64,000 bases of DNA from Eledone cirrhosa (GCA_964016885.1 OZ024743.1:345774001-345838000); one strand, 5' to 3'. Shown: positions 25,450 through 39,678, counted from the stretch's first letter. Notes: generated by a model from the sequence alone, not told the origin. Numbers and translations are program-made.

Positions 25450-25570
25450 GTATGTATATATATATATATATGTATATGTGTATGTGTATGTATGTGTATA
25501 TATGTATATGTATGTGTATATATATATGTATATATATATGTATATATATATGTATATATGTATATATGTG

Positions 25571-25601
<31 letters not shown>

Positions 25602-25774
25602 ATATATATATATGTATGTATATATGTATATATATATATATGTATGTATATGTGTATATATATATGTATATATATATATATATGTATATATGTATATATA
25701 TGTGTATATATATATATATATGTATGTATATATGTATATATATATGTATGTATATATATATGTATGTATACATG
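24255..25774. repeat. 1.5-kb compound (TA)/(TATG) array with an internal ~620-650-bp duplication
   Basis: The landmark tgaatgtatgtatacatg recurs at about 24493 and 25141; ataaatgtatgta pairs recur at about 24598 and 25212. Confidence 0.85.
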
Positions 25775-26321
25775 GTCGGGTCGTTGGCGACTAAACTGGC
25801 AACCCCACCAAGGTTTCTTGGTGAGGAGGGTGACTTTGGACATCCTGCAGGACTAAAAACAAAACATGTCAAAGGGCAAAGGAGTTCTTAAGAGTCAATG
25901 GCCATCCAAAATCACCGGGAGAGATGACCCCTTAGCCTTCGTCAAGGCAGAATTCTAGGAGTAGGAAAACTCTGATATAACACCTGAAACCCTGATGGTA
26001 TCCAATGATGTTGACTTGTTCTTCTTTTTGGTACATATCATCTTGTTTAAGAGAGTGGGACTGGCTTTGTGCAGTGCATTTGCTCACTATAAAAGCTTCA
26101 CGGCACAGGCATTGCTTTATATCTGGAGATCTCTCTGCACTTGTCGTCAGATGGTACCATGGGCCAAGCACTGTGTCAATAATTGTCAAAAGTGTAGTGT
26201 TTGTACCAGAGTTTTCAAATCGCCGGCTGGACTAAAAAGTCACACTCGTTCAGCGCATCCGTAGAGGTTCTCCTACATGGATATAAAGTAGTGGCCGTAC
26301 TCGAAAACGAGTTGGCAGCCA

Positions 26322-26324
<3 letters not shown>
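25775..26324 (+). mobile_element. Non-autonomous bipartite RTE-derived retroelement, copy 3 (lacks the first ~58 bp)
   Basis: Direct copy of copy 2. It retains [22 protein letters not shown], the C2H2-like RTE C-terminus (ORF 25995-26264). Confidence 0.75.
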
Positions 26325-26405
<81 letters not shown>

Positions 26406-26406
26406 T

Positions 26407-26662
26407 ATTCTGATTATGAAAAAAAGCAAGCACATTTGTCTTAGGTGAATATAGTATATTTACTACACACATGGAAGTGAAGTTAGCAACACACCTGTGT
26501 CTTTATATATTCATTTAATACATTATATATATATATATATATATAATGTATTAGGTGAACATATAAGGAAACAGGTGTGTTGCTAACTTCACTTCCATGT
26601 GTGTATTAAATATACTATATTCACCTCAGACAAATGTGCTTGCTTTTTTTCATAATCAGAAT
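26407..26662. repeat. Inverted repeat with ~118-bp arms centred on (TA)n
   Basis: 26407-26524 matches the reverse complement of about 26545-26662, and the centre is a pure TA palindrome. Confidence 0.9.
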
Positions 26663-27091
26663 TTTGTCCATGTTGTTTTACTTTAATTTATTCATCGACT
26701 TTATGTCCAAAAAGCTCCCAATGTAGTAACTATATAATATATGCATTTACTTGCAGTTCCCCTGAATTCAATAGATCCTTCAACTTGACGTATGAGCTGA
26801 AACGACTGTAACTAATAGATCAAACAAAAATAGAGGAAATCTTTAAATATATGCCGACCAGCACTTATTACCAATTCAGTTCTATAGTTTGTCTACATCT
26901 GCTAGACATCATTCATCAATGATACATTTCAATTTATTCCCTAAAGAGAAAGCAGACACGTTGTTAATCGATATAAGGAAACGTACCGGAACCCGAATTA
27001 CCGAATAGTGGGCCACAGAGCTTTCCTATACCTTGGCATTTTCCATTTTTTTCTGACCGTTTCATTTACGCTCTTATTATTACATTTAACC

Positions 27092-27668
27092 GGCGGAGGA
27101 TTGGCAGTATCGGTAGAGGGTCGGACGCCATGCTTTCCAGTATAGTTACGTCCGTTTAAGATCTGAGTTCAAATCCCGCCGAGGTTGACTTTGCCTTTCA
27201 TCCTTACAGGGTCGATAAAATAAAGTACCAGTAATGCACTGGGTAATTGCTGGCCTTGTGCCTAAAGTAGAAACAATTATTACATTTAATCGTATCGGTA
27301 GAAGGTCGGACGGCATCCTTTGCAGCATAGATTTACGGCTCTTTATTATCTGAGTTCAAGTTCCGCCGAGGTTAAATTTGCCTCTCGTCCTTACGAGGTT
27401 GATAAAATAAAGTACCTATAATTGTTTCTACTTTTGGCACAAGGCCAGCAAATACCCAGTATATTACTGGTACTTTATTTTATCTACCCCGTAAGGATGA
27501 AAGGCAAAGTTAACCTCGACGGGATTTGAACTCAAACCGTAAAGGGACGTAACTATGCTAGAAAGTATGGCGTCCAACCCTCTACTGATACTGCCAATTC
27601 ACCGCCTTAAAGTACCAATAATGCACTGGAATAATTGCTAGCTTTGTGCTAAAAGTAGAAACAAATAT
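27092..27668. mobile_element. Nested cluster of three major SINEs
   Basis: A plus copy at 27092-27280; a plus copy at 27292-27416 continuing at 27608-27668, interrupted by a minus copy at 27420-27606 with TSD taaagtacc. Confidence 0.88.
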
Positions 27669-28344
27669 TACATTTAACCTAGGGGTGCACCGAGTGTTTT
27701 TAGGATCTGATCAATTCAGACAGAATATATCAAAATCTCATTCTAATGAAAACGATAATAAATATGAATAATATCATAATATTCTCAAATAGTAGGATTA
27801 ATGGTAATATAGAGTCAATCCGGTACGAAAACCAGAAGATGTTTCTCTATTCTGTATGCTGTGTCTGTCTGCCATATATATTTTATACCTCATAAAATAA
27901 GTTATGTACCTTTATAATGGCCGACTTAAGCTGTATACATAATAGGATTTCTTGTTTTCTTTATCGTTAGATTCTCTTTTCATTCATAATACAATTCGAA
28001 GTGATTTATGGAAGTTGAATATCAGATACAGTAGAATACTGAATTGAATAACGCTAGAGACGTGCATTATTTTAGTTACGTCAGAGTAAGTTCTGTGTTA
28101 TAATCCCTTAATCTTTCTTCGTTCAATATATCTTGTTTTCTGCTAATTTGAGAAGTTTTATTTAAACTCTGCTTCCTTTTTTGTGCAGTGATTTATTGTG
28201 TAAGTCATTTCTCATATATGTCACAATTGCAAACTAACTTAAGATATTGTGTCTATTATATATATGTGTTACATCATTACAGTTTGCATATATAATATAT
28301 TTATTTAATCATGGACAAAACGTATATAAATATATAATCATGCA

Positions 28345-28505
28345 TGGCATAGTGGTTAGAGCATTGGGCTTGCAATTGAGAAGTTGTGAGTTCGAATCTC
28401 GGACCGGGTGATACGTTGTGTCATTGACCGAAGACCCTTTATTTCACGTTGCTCTAGATTACTCAACTGTAGAAATGAGTTACGACGCCACTGGTGCCAA
28501 GCTGT
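28345..28505 (+). mobile_element. Second tRNA-SINE family
   Basis: A-box tggcatagtggttagagc and B-box gagttcgaatct, then gttgtgtc..tttatttcacgttgct..aaatgagt. Confidence 0.75.
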
Positions 28506-28617
28506 GGGGAGTAGTTTTACTGTTCGAAGATATGAAAATACTATGTAAAGAGCGATATAACATGTATATTGTGTAATTCCGATCTATACAAGTAGCTATT
28601 ATATATACGCATATACT

Positions 28618-28831
28618 GGGCGGTTGATTGGCAGTATCGCTAGAGTCGGACACCGTGCTTTGCAGCATAGAGTCACAGTCCTTTACGGCCTGAGTTCAAA
28701 TCCCGCCGAGGTTAGCTTTGCCTTTCATCCTTACTGGCTCGATAAAATAAAGTACCAGTAACGTACTGATGTCGATTTAATTGACTTACCCCTTCCCCAA
28801 AATTACTGGCCTTGTGCCTATACTAGAATTC
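28618..28831 (+). mobile_element. Major SINE (long variant) with a 17-bp TSD
   Basis: attatatatacgcatat at 28598-28614 and 28832-28848. Carries the extra gtcgatttaattgac..cccc segment. Confidence 0.9.
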
Positions 28832-29029
28832 ATTATATATACGCATATTCAATACTGAGTTTGCCAAGAGCCCAATTACCCTCCACTTCCCTTTCCTCAT
28901 TTTTCCGTGACAATAGAGCCGTTGCCTTTCCCTTCCTTTTTCCGTTTTTTTAAAAATAGTTTCTTATTTTACATTCCATTCTAACCACCATCGCTCTATT
29001 TTTACTGGGACACACACACATATATATGC

Positions 29030-29071
<42 letters not shown>

Positions 29072-29285
29072 TAAGTATCATGTGAGAGAAGAAGATGTTT
29101 AAAGGGATAAGCGATACATATAGTTAGTTGCCAAAAGGTTGTGCATTTGTGCTCAATACTTGTGCCTACAGGGTTAAATATTGGAAGCGTTAATATTTAG
29201 CGGGCGAGAAGATAAGCAGAGCAGTTACTACAAATGAAAGGATTATAAAGGAGAATATATACTGTTAGAACATGTTTATATAAAA

Positions 29286-29326
29286 GCACCTACGTACGTT
29301 TCGCCCGAAAAGGGCTTCTCAAGGGC
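29286..29326 (-). ncRNA. Minimal 41-nt type I hammerhead with compensatory U3:A8 core
   Basis: Minus strand: gccc-UUGAGAA-gccc uuuuc gggc-GAAA-C GUAC G-UA-ggugc. Confidence 0.75.
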
Positions 29327-29666
29327 ATAGAAAACTACAGAGTGTATTTTAAAGTGATACATACATCAAAGTTCATTCTTAGTTGAAACATACACGTTGT
29401 TCTTGACACAGAGTAATGGGAGTAACTCTGGAAATACCTGTACCTATAACGTAATTACCCAGCCAAAACAATGTGGCGCAATATGTGTTAAGGCTGGACC
29501 GTTGAGTTACAGGTCCAATCGAGTTTCTCTCCGCCTATTTCCAATTAAAATACTTTGGTCGCAAGCTCAGTAATTCTTTTTATTCTGTTTAGTTGTGTGT
29601 ATGTTTTTATGTGTGTATGTATATGTGCATGTTTAAGCATGAATGTATATATAAGTAAGGGTGTTT

Positions 29667-29749
<83 letters not shown>

Positions 29750-30639
29750 TGTAATATTCCGTTATATGTTTGTGTATATGTAAATCGGAAAGGGATGTGA
29801 GAAATAGCTGCAGCACTGTATGCGTGTAAGTATCGAATCTCGCCGATAGAGAGACGCAATGGTATCTAACCATGCTTGTAAAGAGAACCCTCTTAAAAAC
29901 TCAACAATGCCAGCATTCAGTGGTTCCTGAAGTGGGTTTTGCAAACGAGTGTCTAAGGTTCCAGGAAAACAAGTACAGGAGTATATCAATATTACGACCA
30001 TATTTGACCGTATTAGACTTTGGAGTACCCCCAAAAGTTTCTGAACCAAAAAGGTTGCTACGTTTTAAGTCTGGGAAACCCTGCACTAAACCCTGCACTC
30101 GATGAACTATACAGTTAGGTGAAAGTCGTATTTGAACTTATTAAACAAAATTTACGTAGCACCGTTGAGTGCGTAGATGCGTGTGCTGTATTTGGCATAT
30201 TTCTTAGAGACGCGTTTCTCATGGTACTAGATATTGACATGTATCGTGTCCTAATGTATATTCGAGGGAAGTAGTATTTATGGAATTCCTATAATAATTT
30301 CTGACTCCATTTCATTCTTTGCTTTGTTATAATCTTTAAATATTTGACTTTTGGCTTTATTTACTATGCAAATAATTAAATAAATATGAAGAAAGTAGTC
30401 AAATATTTCTATTATCGGCTCTGACATATTGGTGAAAACTCCAAGTTTACGAAAGTCAAGGACATGTGTCTATTGCATTTATACATGCATACATACATAT
30501 ATAAGCATACGAATACACACACATACACATACATACACACATACATACACACACGTACACACATATATATTTATGTATATATTGTATAGTGGTATCTGTG
30601 AAGCAGAATCAAGTGAAAGAAAATACTCAACATTATCTA

Positions 30640-30835
30640 GGGCGGTGGATTGGCAGTATCGGTAGAGGGTCCGACGCCATGCATTTACGCATAGAGTTAC
30701 GGACCTTGCCATTCTGAGTTCAAATTCCCGCTGAGGTTAACTTTGCCTTTCACCCTTACGGGGTCGATAAAATAAAGTACCAGTAATACACTGGGTCTTT
30801 GCTGGCCTTGTGCCAAACAGTACAAACAATTATTA
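30640..30835 (+). mobile_element. Major SINE
   Basis: Full head, core and tail as in the other copies. Confidence 0.9.
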
Positions 30836-31466
30836 AATAGGTGTTTATATATATTTACGCTTATGTGACTGATTGAGTTGCTACGCACTGTTTGCCCTTC
30901 TGGATTCCCACAACCGCACTTATGGCATTTGAAGTAATTTTATGTGCACCACAATTGGTTCTGTTGAGGTCAGGCTGAAAAGAAGGTAGTTACTGGTTCA
31001 ATATCTGAGTATATATCGATGCACAATTAAATATAAAGACTTATAAAAGTCAAATGAATTTCTATGGAACATCAATTTCCGGTAGTAACATTTATCGTTG
31101 ATATGTTTGGTATTCACCTCATAATCATTTCTATTTAAATTTTAATGTTTATTTCATTGAGTATGTTAACGTAAACTTAACTGATGCTTTTTCACGTCCA
31201 TAGTTTATATGAATCATTTATTCTCTAAAATAATATACAGTATGTTTTGTTTCCTGGCATGACCATCACGTTTATTTAAAATCTAGATAGGATTACATTA
31301 CCATCTGTATTTAAAGTGAGCAGGCTGTTATTAGAGAGAAATTTTACAAATAGTTTAACTGTTCTGCTTACTACATAGATGCGTCCCGATTCTATTCTCT
31401 ATGTATCAACAAAAAGATAAATGTAGAGCCACCTTCTTCGACGATTAGTAATCAAGTTGTTCGGTC

Positions 31467-31676
<210 letters not shown>

Positions 31677-31766
31677 ATGTATATATATATCTTCCTGGTA
31701 TATCAAGTGTTAACCTAGTATATCCCCTCCGATTGTGTTGTTATTTCTGTTTACCTTTTACACACA

Positions 31767-31837
<71 letters not shown>

Positions 31838-32404
31838 CCTAAATTTAATCCTCCGGGAGATTTTGCGTGAAGTCTGGCCTTTCGAGTTAAAGGTATATTT
31901 TATTCGCTAGAGTTTGAAATAGTTTCCATTAGTCAAATTTCATGGAAATGGTTTGCTTCGATCTGGAGTTATGGGAAAACATTCCTTGCTTGGAATGCCA
32001 TTTTAGAGGAACTAAATCCAATACCATATTATTATGAACACAAGCGTCATATCCATTAAGTCCAACTGCGGCCATTGTATGACAGATAGTAGCAAATATA
32101 TAATACAATAAAACTATAAAAATAATAATGCTAACAATAAAAAAGTAAACGCAAAAAAAATAAAGAAATGTAAAAAAAATATTAAAAGAATTAAGGTCCC
32201 ACTGAACTAGAGGTCATATTTTTACCCATTTGGTATGTATTCAGAGCAGTGTAGGCTCAGATATTGTCAAATACCAGTTACAACACTTGTTTGTCAGTTA
32301 ATCTCTTAGTCAACAATGTCAGTAAAAAAAACTATTTAGCTGGCTCCGCTCCATATATTACTTGTGTGGACGGCTCCTTGTTTTACTGTTATAGTTGATG
32401 GCTG

Positions 32405-33030
32405 TGGCGTGGCGGAGTTGTTAGGATGTCGGACAAAAATAACTAGTGCATTTTACTTTTCTGATTAAAATCCCATCGAGGTCAACTTTGTCTTTCATCC
32501 TTCTGTGTTCAACGAAATAAAGAACCAGGAAAGTAATAGTGTCAATTTAATCGGTCAACCCCTTCACCATCAAATAGCCGGCTAAGAAGCTATTATTGTT
32601 GGCCTTTTATTGGCAGGATCGCTAGAGCTTCGGACAAAATGCCTTCAGACATAGTTACATTCTGCGTTCAAAACACGTCGATGAAAGCTTTACCTTTCAT
32701 TGTTCCGGAGTTGTTGAAAACAATGTAACAGTCAACTATAGCGAACGATGTAATTTATTAAGAACTTCCCAGAAATAGCTGGCCTTCTTCATAAGTAAGA
32801 AACCATTATGAAAGGACGATCAATTAGCACACTTTCTAAAGCCTCAGACAACATATTTTGTGATATTTGTTCTGGGTTTTTACAGTATGATTTCTAGTCT
32901 TATCGAGAGCAAAACCTTACGTTTTATCTTTTCTGAGTTGATAAAAATAAATACCCAGTCAAGTACTGTGCTGAATATTATCGACTCCTTCCTCTGTTCT
33001 TGATAATTTGATAAATGACAATTTTTTCTG
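32405..33030 (+). mobile_element. Three tandem old, diverged copies of the major SINE
   Basis: Repeated cggacaaaa...ctttca(t).....aaataa..accag cores at about 32405-32600, 32608-32810 and 32820-33030. Confidence 0.65.
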
Positions 33031-33280
33031 GGATAGAATCCGTGATAATGGATAGTTGAATTCTTGAAGATTATCTGAAAACAGTTCCCATAGAATAACG
33101 TCAAAGACCATAATGATGGTGATGATAATTATAATGGCCGCTAAGGGGATAACGGAAAATATTACAAAAGACCTGATGATCTACCCCTTTCCTTATCCTA
33201 CTCCTCCCTATCTTCTTTTTCTTCCTCCTCCCTATCTTCTTTTTCTTCCTCCTCCTCATCCTCCTTCGTATTATTATTAT

Positions 33281-33343
33281 TAGTAGTAGTGGTAGTAATA
33301 GTAGTAGTAGTAGCAGTAGTAGTAGTAGTATTATTATTATTAT

Positions 33344-33406
<63 letters not shown>

Positions 33407-33569
33407 CAGTAGTAGTAGTAGCAGTAGCAGCAACAATAGTAGCAGTTGTAGTAGTAGTAGCAGTAGCAGCAACAGTAGTAGCAGTAACAGCAACAGTAGT
33501 AGCAGTTATAGTAGTAGTAGCAGTAGCAGCAACAGTAGTAGCAGTAGCAGCAACAGTAGTAGCAGCAAC

Positions 33570-33612
<43 letters not shown>
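33281..33612. repeat. (TAG)/(CAG) compound microsatellite
   Basis: Direct reading. Confidence 0.95.
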
Positions 33613-33936
33613 ATATGGGGAGAAGGAGGACGAGATTAGCAATGTGAAAGCTAATTGAAAACGAAAACTAAATAGAAAAACGCAAAAAATTGTGTTGATA
33701 TAACTTCGCTACTTGTTAACCTTGTGCATATTCATTTGCGACATGTTTCTTGAAATTCCCACAATAAAATACACACATACACATACACCAACACGCGCGT
33801 GCGCACACAATGATACACAAGCATGCAGGCAAATCGGTACCTTTAAATGTACATGTATACCCACATACATCCGCAATGGTGGTCATGGTATGGGTTGGTG
33901 CATATGCCGTTATTTGTATGTAAGTGAATATATGTA

Positions 33937-33987
<51 letters not shown>

Positions 33988-33989
33988 TC

Positions 33990-34058
<69 letters not shown>

Positions 34059-35419
34059 CATACACACACACATATATATATATAAATTCATATATATACA
34101 TATATGCTTTTATGTACAAACCCAAACGAAAAAAATAATACAATACACTTGCACGTACATTTACCCAATGACAGACACACAGACGTACTCACATACACAT
34201 GTGTGCGCGCACACACACACATACACACACATATCTATATATGTATATATATTTATATATAAGCATAGAAAGGCTGTAATGTTTGTACATCATTACTCAC
34301 TAATGTATTTGTACATCATATGAAAGTACATATATACATATATACACACATACATACATACATACATACATACATACAAACATACACATAAGCATACATA
34401 CATACATACAAAGGCACATACACATAACTAAACAGAATACAAAAATACACTAAGCTTACAAAGAAGTAAAGAAGTTCACATGACAGTACATATTTCTGTA
34501 TGCATATTTGTATTTGTTTGTATGAATGCGTATATAAACAAATGACTATGTGTCCATGTATGCTTATGTATATATACAAAGTTGAATGTATCAAAGTCAA
34601 AATTACCAGTCACCTCTGGAATACCAGACAGAATAAGGAATTTCAGAATTTGGATCTCACATTGTTCAAGTCCATTGAAATAGCAAAGAACGTTATAACA
34701 TTCTCCTCGAGGTACAGGTAATTTTAATAATGTTTTAGTTACTTGCCATCCCCCAAATTATAGCCGAACAATTTATGTGTAAACTCTGAGAATATGTACA
34801 CTAAATTTGTAGTCGTAGCGTCATGTCGCCGTAGTCGTAGTAGTAGTGTTTGTTGGCGTGGTAGTAGCAGTAATAGTTGTAATTGTTTTGGTAATAGAGA
34901 GTGTCGCTAGTGGGTGTTTTGTCTGTGAAGTTGGTTATTTTAATAGTGCTGGTGGTGGTGACTGTTACAAAGTTCGCCATATAAACTTCAAAACATAGTT
35001 GGGGAAGCTTTAAATTTTATCAGGTTATTATAGATTCTTCCTTGTGAATTCATTTTTCTGGAGTGGCGTCAATAAAATAATTATTAGTTCAGTATTTGTT
35101 TAATATAACCAATTGTTTCCCACGTTTACTGAAATATATAGCTTTATGACTATTATCGAAATTATTGTTAACTGTCTATAACATTTATATACCTCGATAT
35201 ATGTTATATTCGAGGGAACGAAATCGAAGTTATAATGTGAATCTTTAACATTAGTAAACGAGGTCCATTGTTTAGATTTAAACAAATTCTAATAGGAAAC
35301 GAAATGGCAGATATAACAGAAATTTTAACAATAAAGAATTGTAATGAAAATCTATAAATTTATGTTATAAATAAAAATAAATATATGAATCAAACATGGA
35401 ATTTTATGGGTTCGACTAT

Positions 35420-36240
35420 TTCTTAGCTGTTATTAGGTGTGAGATGGTCCCAGATCCCATCAAAAGAGAAAGGACAGCAGGCAAAAGATATAATAAGATT
35501 CTAAACTCTTGTTTAAGATATTTAATATGGACAGATTAATTGCTAGGAATAAAATTTAATTAGATCCTAACGAGGCTGGATCAACGCTGGTTAGCTAACC
35601 AAAGGGGAAATCCTGTTAATAACCGACACTAAAGAAAAAAGAAACCTTAAAACTTGTAGATAAATAACCTACCATTCTACAGATTACAACGCCATAAATG
35701 CAATAATAACGCGGTGAGTATATCAACCCCTGGAAAAAAACCATGTTTCCAGAGCAGCGGTTGAGATACTGTAAAGATCAATTATTGATAACAGAAATCT
35801 ATGACTAAGAATTGTAGGAGAAAGAAGGGTCTGTGCATGCTATGGATTAGAAAGGATCAGTTAGAAAGGATCAGATTAGAAAGGATCAGTCAGGCTATAT
35901 GAGCAAATGGTTAACCATTTTACAGATTCAGGCGGAATATGGCATTATAAAAACCTAAACAGATAGCTATTGGAAAAGGTATATTTCAAGGGATCCCCCG
36001 TCCCCCACTTTTCTCATGTCTGCAGCTATAACCTTTAATCAACATTTCAATAAGGACTGAACTTGGATAAAACAAATGCTATAGTGGAACAGCAGAAATT
36101 GCACGGATTATTCAGAGAAATTTACATGAGATTCAGATTGAAAAAAGTCGCCATGCAAATATTCTAGGTAGAGAAATTGAAAGGAAATTTTTACAACAAA
36201 CATAACTGTACGCATACTTAGGTTTGCTGAACTAGAAAAA
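35420..36240 (+). mobile_element. Highly decayed R4/Dong-clade RT fragment
   Basis: Relics of GPD, FPEQ...CKDQLLI, LCMLWI, KGIFQG...P and MRFRLKK(A) in order. They parallel the R4-clade motifs GCKDQLLID, LSMAWID, GIFQGDSLSPL and MEFGLDKCA. Confidence 0.6.
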
Positions 36241-36494
36241 TAATTTGATGGCTGAAATAAATTTCTATCTTCCACCTAAAATAATATGAAGGTGTACATT
36301 TATACGATTAATCCAAAACCACACGTTACACTTTTAACATGTATTAACTAGTTAGGCACGCATGGAAAACACAACTGCCCACTCGTAAATATGTCTGAAT
36401 TAAAGTAGTGTCAAACTATCAGTTCCCGAAAAATCGGTCTTATAACTGTTTCAATGGTGGTAGTAGTAGTAGTAATGATAATTATATTAGGGCT

Positions 36495-36640
36495 TTCTAA
36501 TCTAGATATTAGAGAAGTGGTTCTTGTGCGCAGGAAAGTCGATTATATCAATCTGTACTTCATTGTTAGTTTATTTTATCGACCCGGAAGATAAACGGCA
36601 AAATTGATCCGGGCAAGGTTCGATCTTAGAATACGGAATT
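36495..36640 (-). mobile_element. Diverged major SINE
   Basis: ttattttatcgacccgga..aaacggcaaaattga core. Confidence 0.6.
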
Positions 36641-36789
36641 ATCTACACCTATTGGACAGAGACATTTTTTTGTCTAACTAATAAGCAGGATAACAACAAG
36701 ATGAAATTGAAGTAGAGAATATAAATGGAAAAATAACAATATACACACACATATATGTGTGTGTTTTCATATATATATATGTATATATA

Positions 36790-36866
<77 letters not shown>

Positions 36867-36871
36867 TGTTG

Positions 36872-36921
<50 letters not shown>

Positions 36922-37305
36922 GGGAAAGAAGTAAACATAGAGTTTATATAAGTTAACTTAGAATTATCTGAGCAGAGACATAATGTCTTCTAACCCCTAA
37001 TATCTGTATTTCCTTTTCTTCACATAGACACACACATCCAGACTCAATGATTCACACACAGCAGGAGCACACATATCCACATTTGTCTGTTGGTGGTTTA
37101 AATGACGCCGCCCGTTCTAGGAGGAAGGCTTTGACTCGTTACACACCGTAGCATTCCACACAGTCGTCGAGGTGAGTGGATAGGGTAGTCCAAAGATTAA
37201 ATGGCGTCTTTAGTCAAATAACTATTCAGAATTCTTGAAAGATTTCGAATAGACAATTTAACGATTTGCTGACATAATGGTTCAGATCGCAGACAATAAC
37301 CTGAC

Positions 37306-37416
<111 letters not shown>

Positions 37417-37476
37417 GTGTGTGTGCTATATATATATATATAAATATGTATATATATATATATGTATATAAATATA

Positions 37477-37567
<91 letters not shown>

Positions 37568-37580
37568 GTGTGTGTGTATG

Positions 37581-37612
<32 letters not shown>

Positions 37613-37836
37613 AATATAAATATATATATAAATGTATATATGATAATAATAATAAGTATGGACGAGGTGTCAAATTTTCATTTCGTTTATTTAGTAAATG
37701 AACAATAACTTGGCGTTACAATCCCTAAACAATATATATATAATTATTCAAGCTAGGGCGGGCAGAGGATAGAGACAGTGGTAGAAAAAACGGAAAGACG
37801 GACAGTATATATATACAAACACACCCACACAAACAC

Positions 37837-37919
<83 letters not shown>

Positions 37920-38374
37920 TCTATATATTTATGAAATTGTGTTTGTTCGAAAATATATGGCAAATTAAAAACAATCAAAGCTATAATCAATATTGAATTT
38001 AACATTTTGCCCTTATCTGGAGGCCTGCTGTGGTTTCGTCTTCATATAAACGATCATATCACCCAAGTACTTAGTTATTCAAATCTGGTACTAAATATAA
38101 ATATAATCACCGAAACACGATGGAGCATTCTCGCACTTAAACAAGCAGACACTTTGGTTTCAGGTAATACGCGGCTATCCTAGAATACACTTGCTCAAGG
38201 TTCCCCGTAGAAGGAACCCTGAATCACCTGGTAGTAACCTTTTAATCCCAGAGAACCATACCTGTTACACACTCACACATACATACTAGAATGAAAGGAT
38301 CGTGGGTTTATTAAATATTCTAACTATTAAATATTCCTTGTTTTAATATTCGTTTTGTGTATATTTGCAGACGT

Positions 38375-39135
38375 ATGGTGTTACTTAACTGGTCAGAAGG
38401 TGATCCCCGACTCGCACTCGATAGCTTTGCTGCCGAGTGCTGCATGGTAAATCAGTGCTAGAATGTAAATCAGTGCTGCGAAAACTGTGACACTGGTACT
38501 CACAAGGATGCCTGCGCAGTCCACTCTACATGTGAATTGAGTTCCACTTAAGCAGGTAGAGTCGTTCAAGTAACTCGGGGCCGTGTTCAGGAGCTGAATT
38601 AAAGGCAAGAATTGCAGGAGCTGATGCAGTAGCGGGCCAGCTTCAGTAATCTGGAATCAGAAGAAGGGAAGTACGCGTAAAAATCCAAAGTCGCTATCTT
38701 CAATTCGCTCTTTGCGTCAACCATTACCTATGGTCATGAATTTTGGGTAATGCCCGAAAAAATATGATCGCGGATACAAGCAGCTGAAATGGCATTCATC
38801 GGAAGGGTTTTTAGATAAAGTGCGTAGCTCGTTGATCAGAGAGTCACCCCACGGAGAATAGCTACTTCTCGGAATTGAAAAAATCACAGTTCCGATACTA
38901 TGGGCATGTGGTTATTATGTCTCAGGAAAGTATCGCTGGACAAATTTTAAGGGCAAAACATCCGGCAGAAGAGCAAGGGTTAGATCCCGAGCGAGATGGT
39001 TGGACAACAGCCATGAGCCCAGCTTATCTTTCTTCGGTTCCAGATGGATCTATTGGCGACGGTGGCTTCTGCCAAGACCCACAGCCAGGAGTGTTTGAGA
39101 ACTCTGCCGCCAGGACTATCTCAGGAATAAGCGGG
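38375..39135 (+). mobile_element. RTE-clade (Rex3/Expander-like) LINE 3' fragment
   Basis: VPLKQVESFK*LG, KVAIFNSLFASTITYGHEFWVMPE..SRIQAAEMAFIGRV, KSQFRYYGHV. Same clade as 17790-19040. Confidence 0.85.
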
Positions 39136-39147
39136 GGAATTATAATG

Positions 39148-39283
39148 ATTTCTAGAATAGGCACAAGGCCAGTAATTTGGGGGCAGGGGAAAGTCGATTA
39201 AATCGACTCCAGTACGTTACTGGTGCTTTATTTTATCGACACCGTAAGGATGAAAGGCAAAGTTAACCTCGGCGGGATTTGAA
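39148..39283 (-). mobile_element. 5'-truncated major SINE (long variant)
   Basis: Tail and core only. Confidence 0.85.
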
Positions 39284-39323
39284 GTGGACGATCAGTTAAA
39301 TGTCTGACAATTTATTCGTTTGG

Positions 39324-39428
<105 letters not shown>

Positions 39429-39492
39429 AGCAAACCTGATATATGAAAGCGAATCAAAATTATCTCGTCTCTGATTATATTAAAATGAATAA

Positions 39493-39678
39493 TAGTTATT
39501 TCTACTTTGGACACAAGGCCAGCAATTATCCCAGTTTATCACTGGTATTTTATTTTATCAACCCCGTATGGATGAAAGGCAAAGTTAACCTTAGCGGGAT
39601 TTGAATTCAGATCATAAAGGGGCGTAATTCTATGCTGCAAAGCATGGCGTCCGACCCTCTACCGATACTGCCAATCCG
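39493..39678 (-). mobile_element. Major SINE
   Basis: Full copy. Confidence 0.9.

Noticed and set aside
24131-25891. Long ORFs (up to 530 aa) of YI/YV/HT repeats, and similar ORFs throughout the track
   Set aside because: They are translations of stop-free (TA)/(TATG)/(CA) microsatellites with no coding complexity.
25995-26264. C2H2 zinc-finger host gene
   Set aside because: A single finger inside a three-copy repeat; it fits an RTE LINE C-terminus and the frame is disrupted in the other copies.
28345-28425. tRNA gene
   Set aside because: It has A and B boxes but no acceptor stem and continues into a SINE body; the same applies to all other SINE heads.
29830-30130. Moderate-GC unique stretch with short ORFs as a host exon (also 42660-42960 and 56160-56500)
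   Set aside because: I recognised no protein motif or convincing splice-site pair; RNA-seq or BLAST would be needed.
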